Shown here one piece after another: positions 57,297-64,000 of a stretch of DNA of 64,000 nt (the first letter of the stretch is position 1; every line of letters begins with the position of its first letter). Origin of the DNA: Raillietiella orientalis (Eukaryota). Below the pieces are notes generated by a model, which saw only the letters and a program-made list of their open reading frames with translations, was not told the DNA's origin and did no database searches. Both the position numbers and the translations under genes were made by a program. The stretch spans positions 1,922,001 through 1,986,000 of the forward strand of contig JAYWIR010000024.1 in NCBI GenBank assembly GCA_036172245.1, given 5' to 3'.

Positions 57297-60200
57297 TTAG
57301 CGTCGATATGGGTGATATCCTTGGGATTGGGAGGGAGGGCCATAGTTGCTACCTCTTTGAGGTCCTGGTCCACTCAAAGGGCCTGCCATACTACCGTAAC
57401 TTGGGGATGGACCATCACCTTGACTTGCATAGCTAGAATATCCTAAATTTACATGCCATGTTGCTGCTGCACCAAAAGAAAGACTAGCCTTTATGAGCCA
57501 GAGAGAGCTGCCCATATCCTCGGCTTCCACTGTAGTTGCTTTCCTACATCAAAGGTATAAAATTAAGAATCTTCACAACAAGCCCGCACCTGATAACTGT
57601 TCGGATATTGGCTGCTATATCCCCCACCATACTCCTGAATAAAATTTGCTTTAGGAGTATTAGAAATTAAAGGAGAGCCCATTCCTGGTCATCTCAATTT
57701 GAGTGAATTCATGCATTACATCTCAATACTACCTGACGAACTGCCACGGTGTCCTCCTCCTTGGGATGTCCAATTCCAATTCCCGAAATTCTGGTGTCCT
57801 AAAAAAGCTGATAATCAGCAATGATCATTTCAACTTACCATACTGGTTATAATTATGCGAAGGTGGTCCTCCATAATTACCCCAGTCACCCATTTGGTGC
57901 TGAGAAACATTCTGATTCCAATTATATCCTTGATGGCCACCAGATCCATACCCTGAAAGTAGCTAAGATTGTCAATGAATTTTATAATAAAGGTTTTACC
58001 TTGGGATGGGTAACCACCTCCATGATTCCAACCCTGCATTACTCCTTGATGAGGTATTCCATTGCCCATTCGACTTGTTTCAAGACCAGGGCTGCTATGG
58101 TGATCTACTACAACCTCCTGTTCCTTTGGGGATGGTTAAAACTTTGATGATAAGAATGTCAGATTTACTCTCAAATCCAAAGGCCCATGACTTCTCCAAT
58201 GGTCATGCATTAGTCCATCTTTCATGTCACGAGGTTCAGCTCGTTTAACCTCCACCTGACAAAACATAATTAGTACAACAATAACAAGGTTTCCTTGTGT
58301 GCTGTGCTTAGCTCAAGCTGCCCCAGCCCTCTTAGCCTGATCTAACCTATCCCACCCTTCCCCATGCAGATTATCCACCCTCACTTATTAATACCCTATT
58401 CCCTTACTCTAAAAACTATAATATATATGCTAGCCTTAAGTGTAATTGGGGATTGTCCCTTGCACTGCCCAAGATGATAAGATGCTAAGACTAAGGCTGT
58501 GCCAGACAAGAGCCAACACGATGAGCAGGAGGATAAATACCTGTTTCCCATTTACGTTGACAAAATGATCACTCACGCACCGATCCACAGACTCCTCGTT
58601 GTCGAAGGACAAAAATCCAAAGCCTATTGATCAGACAATGTAGGGCTTACTGCTGCATAGCTTATAGGGGGCGGCAGGGATCCCCTAAGGAAGTGCAGAC
58701 CACTCATCCTTTGATAAAGTAACGAGATTTACTTTATCAAAGGATGATGTGGGTTACACATCCACCGCACTATACTACAGCTTACCTAGTTAGAAACACT
58801 TAACAGATCAGTACAATACAATCATGTGCAGCTGTGCTACAGCTAGCAGATGTCATACATAATCGTGCTCCAATATAATGAGCAGATAAAAAGAAGCCTG
58901 TGAGCTGCTGCACACTGCAACACTCTGTATTTTACTAATATAAGGATTATATTACTCTATAACTCTATAGTATACCAAACACTGTACACTGCAAGGGATC
59001 AGCAATACTCACCCCTGGATTTTTTTTTGTCTTGATCATACATTATGACTACCTCCATAACAGTACCATATGGTGAAAAGTAGTTTTTCAACATAGTTTC
59101 TGTAACATTTGAGGGAAGACCACCAAGAAAGACTTTAGGATAGTTGGTACATTTCTGTTTTTGCTGCATACTACGTGGATTGCAAGGTTTGGGATCAATC
59201 TATGATAACAGTTTAACATCAACCAAAGAAAATCTCAACTACCGTTCGATTGTCAAGTGTGTGTGGACCAGCACTCAAGACAACATCTACATTAGAAGGA
59301 TCTGCAAACGTGACAAATCCAAATCCTCGAGAACGACCTGTTTCTGCATTCTTCATCACAACAGAATCAATAACTTCACCATATCGGCTAAAGTATCTTT
59401 GTAGAGAATCTGGAAAAATCAAACAAATTCAGCCCCACGATGCACTCAGATTTGCTGGTCTTCTACATTTTCATATCCTCTCTTTAATTAACAATAGTTT
59501 TCAATCATAAATTCAATTGATAATCACCTTGAGTTGTTTCTAAACTCAATCCACCAACAAACATCTTTCTGAAATAAAGAAGAAAAATTGTATAATTCTC
59601 ACATAGTAAAAAGCACTTTGAATTATGTGACACTTCAATCAAAATTTTTTATTTTTCAATATATTCTCAAGAAAACATCTTACAGTAAAAATGTTTACAT
59701 AAAATTAATCAAAAACAAGTAACCTCCGGTATTTAAAAAACAATGAAAAACAACATGTACTCTTTTGAATCACTGTTTTAAAAACAAAGCAAGACAAAAG
59801 AGGATCACAAAGTATCATATGCACTTTTATTACTATTCATTTTTTGTCAATCTTTAATTATTTTTATGTGGATATTACATAATGTATGTCAAGGTTCATC
59901 CCTTGAAATGATACAAAGAAAAGCCTATCAGCAAACAAGTGTTAAAAGTGACAAAAGATACTTTCCCGAAAATGGTTCAACTTTGCATTTTGAGAAATGC
60001 TTATAAATTATCTACAGTGTGGAATTCATAGGAAATTACACATGATTACTTATTCAAAAATAAATGAAATGTAAGAAAATGGCAGAACAAAAATTATCAT
60101 AATTATTTGGGAGACCATAATGTCATTAAGACTAAACAAAATGAATTATGGTTTGAATGCATCTGATAAACTTTGCTGATTAAACATTGTAAGTACTAGA

Positions 60201-60470
60201 TGGTATTCATATTACATAACAGAAAATACCCAACAAATTCTCGAGGTATTTTCCACAATACACTCACTCAGTAAATTGAAAAATTCCATCAAATCACCCA
60301 ATGATTATATGGCATGAAATTGAAGTTTATAGCATTTATTTTTTAAATACTCGAATTATCGAATCACACACAATCATGGTAGTTACAATACAAGATTAAG
60401 GTGTGAAACCATACCCTTTCTCATCTGAATCTTGAATGGGTATATTTCGACCTCCTCTGGAACGATACAT
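57297..60470 (-). CDS. Hrb27C: Hrb27C/hrp48-like (DAZAP1 family) hnRNP with two RRMs and a Gly/Tyr/Asn-rich tail
   Basis: Exons 60470-60415, 59568-59528, 59409-59243, 59199-59013, 58623-58541, 58255-58169, 58123-58000, 57952-57839, 57798-57733, 57648-57590, 57543-57489 and 57442-57297, phase-compatible. Motifs: DEKGKMFVGGLS.ETTQ, RSRGFGFVTF, IDPKPCNPR, KVFLGGLPSNVTET, VVIMYDQDKKKSRGFGFLSF, VEVKRAEPRD and C-terminal YHPYRR. Exon boundaries in the low-complexity tail are less certain. Confidence 0.9.
58704..58747. repeat. Perfect inverted repeat, 19-bp arms, 6-nt loop, in an Hrb27C intron
   Basis: TCATCCTTTGATAAAGTAA-cgagat-TTACTTTATCAAAGGATGA, read directly. Confidence 0.9.
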
Positions 60471-63400
60471 GCTGATCAAGAGTATTTATTATCTGATAGA
60501 AATATTTGAACTATTTCAAAAATCCATCAAACTTTTATTGCATTCGGTTTGATTCATCGGCACAGCCTTCTTCTGAAAGAGGTTTTTTCAATATACAACC
60601 ACAAACACAAAACCTTTACACTCTACACAAAATACACACGTTCCTTAACGCCTTACCTTCTCCACTAAAACTTCTATAAGTTAAGACAATGTACTTTATA
60701 TTTAAGTGCAATAAACGTTTGCAAAAACAATGCAAATGAAAATTAAAACACTTCCTGATTATCTCTTAATATCCTCAATTTAAAGAAATTTCTTCGTCTA
60801 AACAGGATGCATTACCATATTGAAGTGTAACTAATTAACAAACATGATCACACAAAAATGACTGATTATGAACACACATACACATGCACATATATAAATG
60901 CATAATCATAAAAGTTAAGAAAGTAAACATCAGAGTAAGTGTTTCATAACTACAGATAGGAGTTGAAGAACGTAGTTTAAACAGCAAGTTATACTCTATA
61001 TATCAATGAAAAAAACAGTTTTTTCAATCAACAATACCTATATAATCATATGTGCTCCCAAATTGCTAAAAGAAGCTTGCATGTTTACACATACTTTGCT
61101 TTTCAATATACCTTTCAGTGTGTACTTAGATAATGTAACAGACACAGGTAGTAGCATGAATTCATTTAGTTTTGAACTGGAATGTTTTCGCGAAGGCTTA
61201 TACACACTTTTCAACAATAATGCTAATTACAAATCACAAGATACCAAAGTAGCAGTATGTACACTTATAATAAAAATTTACCGCATACTAAGGAAAATTC
61301 GAAGTAAACTCATTAACAAATTAAACGTCACTTCCGCAACAAAATTTTTGGGAATTACTGGTCCAAATGAGTTTCTCTCTAATATATTGATGAGAGGTTT
61401 TTAAATGCCTCTGAAAATAGAACGATAAATTGACTCTAAGCATGGAATTAAATATCCATTCATCATCAGTATATCGCAAAAATAGTGCAGTCAATGAATA
61501 TGCTACCGTTAACTTGCACGGTCCAACTCTCTTTGGTAACATTTCTAAAGGATTCAAATAATGATGGCAAAATTGAGATTCTGAAGATTTCCTTTATATT
61601 CGAAAGTTTTTTTTTCAAAGCAGATTTCTCATTCTGTTTCCTTTTCTGCAATCTCTCAATCTTCGATCCATGTCAACACACTCTGAGTTCGTCTTGAACT
61701 TCGTTGATAAGGGAATAATATGTTGTTGTATTGTTGTAATTTTGTTTTCTTTTTGAAAATTGCTTCAGACATGTGCATTATAAGTCTCCTGCTTTTGAGA
61801 TTGCATGCTTCACATACTGCAAGAATCCATATGCACAATCATATGATTCATGCTTGTCTTCAACAAAATTAAGTATCAAAATAAAATGATGATGGTCATT
61901 AGCCAATATCTGCAGCTAAAACTACCACTGATATCGTTTCGTATTTCCTTGTGGGGGATGGAGGTGTTGTTTCGATCAGGGAATTCAAAGGAAAGCAATG
62001 ATTGCAAAAAGTAGATTTTGCATTGCAGTTTGAAAGGTAACACATATTAGACAAGAGAAGTATAGTTTAAACATAAAGAAAAACGTAATGGCCAATGCAG
62101 AATTGTTTGTATTTGAAATGCTTTAAGATTCTAAATGAAAACATACTTTTAAGTGAAACCTTAATAAAAAATGTAACTCATAAAGAGTTTCGAAACGAGT
62201 CACTACAAAAGACTGCCTGCAAAAGGTGGTATTTTAAATGATATTCTTTTGGGAACCGGAAAAAAAAACCATCTGTGAAAGAGATTAAAACACCAGAATC
62301 GGTACCTTAAATACATTCTACAGCTATATGTTGAAGGAGAAATTCAGAGTCAAGGAGGTAAGCGAGTCCACAAAGCCGACACTGAGATCATTAGCGATAT
62401 CAAGGTGATGGAGCTTCCTCAGCTGATAAATATGTACCTACATTCCTTCTAAATACATCCTGCAATCGACCGACAATAAGGAATTTCTTTGGTTAAATAC
62501 TTCAGAATATGAAGGTCAAAAATTCGTCTCGGATGTAATTACCAATGCAATTACGAACAGCAAATATTTCATCAATCTCTGAGGCATTTTTGTGATTTAA
62601 AAGATTTTACTAAATTGATGGAGTACATAACATCTAGCTTATTTTTTCGAGACTGTTTAGTTCAGGTTAGAGTTAAGTAAACTCAGGAAGTTGGGCAGTG
62701 ATGAAAATAAAAATGAAAAAAGCTGAAAGTGCACCTCTTAAGAATCCTAACCAGTATTATTATTTCGTTACACCTTCATTCGTTGATTATACTTTTAAAA
62801 TAGAAATCGTGTGAACTCTCTCTCATATTTGTAAAACTACCTTAGAACTTCCCGTCGAGTAACTCGATAAACAGTTACCATATTAACTCATCTTAACATG
62901 GTAATTGCTATCTGTCCAGCTTGAGAGGAATCACGACTTTGTTTAGGAATTTCGTTTTAATTTACTAAATTAATGATAACTAATTACGTGTTCAAGTAAC
63001 TTATTAAGATAAGGTGCAGACTAGATCTAAGAGGAATTTTCATCATGAACGCACCGGAAAAAAATTCTCGAAAATGAAATTTTCGTTATAGGCTCATTAC
63101 CTTTCTGAGGTCAGTCTCAAGCAGAGTTTTTTTCATTGATCTCCGAATGTTACGGGAACCAGAACATAAAGCGATAAGACAAATTTGCATCTATAACTGA
63201 TTCGTTCGGACAGTTGGCCGATGAAAACGTTCAGTGAACTTGTGTTACTGAAACGATAAGCAGAATCCAGAAAAATGAATCTCAGAAAAAACTAATGCTT
63301 TGAATACAACAGCTCCTTATCAAGTACAATAACAAGTACAATGAATATCTAATAGTTGAGTTTTGAAGGAGCAAAAATAATAGCATCGGATCCTAAATGG

Positions 63401-63900
63401 ATTTTGCAAATTCGAGAATTAAGGAAGTAGAATGCATTTGATCTTCTTAACATTCTCCTTAATGCACACCAGGAAATAAGATCATTTTAAAGCAAAGAGT
63501 ATTGATGGTTTGAAGTAAGCTCTACATTATTTTGAAATTTTTCTATTAATAAGATTAACAGTTACGAAATAGTGAGTATTTAATAGTAGTATTGATCATA
63601 CGTTCTGACTGACTTCCAAAAAGAAAAAAAAAAAAAACGGAATTACCACCAAATACTTAAAAAAAACGAATAAACATTCATTGGATTCAATGTAATAAAA
63701 AACCACTTAAAAAAGCCGAAGAGAAACATGTGTTTAAAGATTCCTCTATGCTGATCTCGGATTTCTTATTTGCGGTGATTTCATGCGGTAGAATTTGATG
63801 AAAGTTTGCATTCATGATTTAGCTCAAGTTTTGTTTACAAAATTCCTCCTTCCCCCTTTTTCCAAATTTCGCAGGAATTCACATTGCGAGCAATTTTCAG

Positions 63901-64000
63901 ACTCACAGTTTGTGAATCAGAGCTCAGGAGAGCGTCCGTCCGCCGTTAACACTCGATTTTCGTGTTCCGACTGTGGATTTATCGAAATCGTCCCCAAAGC
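63901..64000 (-). promoter_or_regulatory. Candidate non-coding 5' exon / promoter-proximal region of the Hrb27C-like gene
   Basis: Minus-strand GTGAGT donor at 63906-63901, with a local rise in CpG content upstream of the first coding exon. Confidence 0.35.

Overview
Eukaryotic genomic DNA, almost certainly arthropod, with spliceosomal introns. I assembled six protein-coding genes by hand from splice sites and reading frame. (1) A divergent tektin-like gene (-), running off the left edge. (2) A signal peptide-Ig-LDLa-LDLa-like-TM-PPxY type I membrane protein gene (-). (3) A complete 7-exon nicotinic acetylcholine receptor beta1 subunit gene (+, 506 aa) in a GC/CpG-rich ~24 kb domain with long introns. 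(4) Mitochondrial ClpX (-), 5' end unresolved. (5) An intronless small heat-shock protein gene (+) with a perfect HSE and a mitochondrial-presequence-like N-terminus. (6) An Hrb27C/hrp48 (DAZAP1-like) two-RRM hnRNP gene (-), whose stop codon lies only 50 bp from the sHSP stop. Also present: an internally deleted Tigger/pogo transposon with both TIRs, a minisatellite, microsatellites and several isolated perfect inverted repeats. Most interesting: a genomically encoded Ser in the normally conserved KFGSWT motif of nAChR beta1, one A-to-G change from consensus, plus a divergent loop E; the sHSP/Hrb27C tail-to-tail pair; loss of conserved alpha-crystallin arginines in the sHSP; and many 38-47 nt introns. 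Family assignments rest on recalled consensus sequences, not database searches. Most ORFs in the supplied track are spurious GC-rich or antisense frames.
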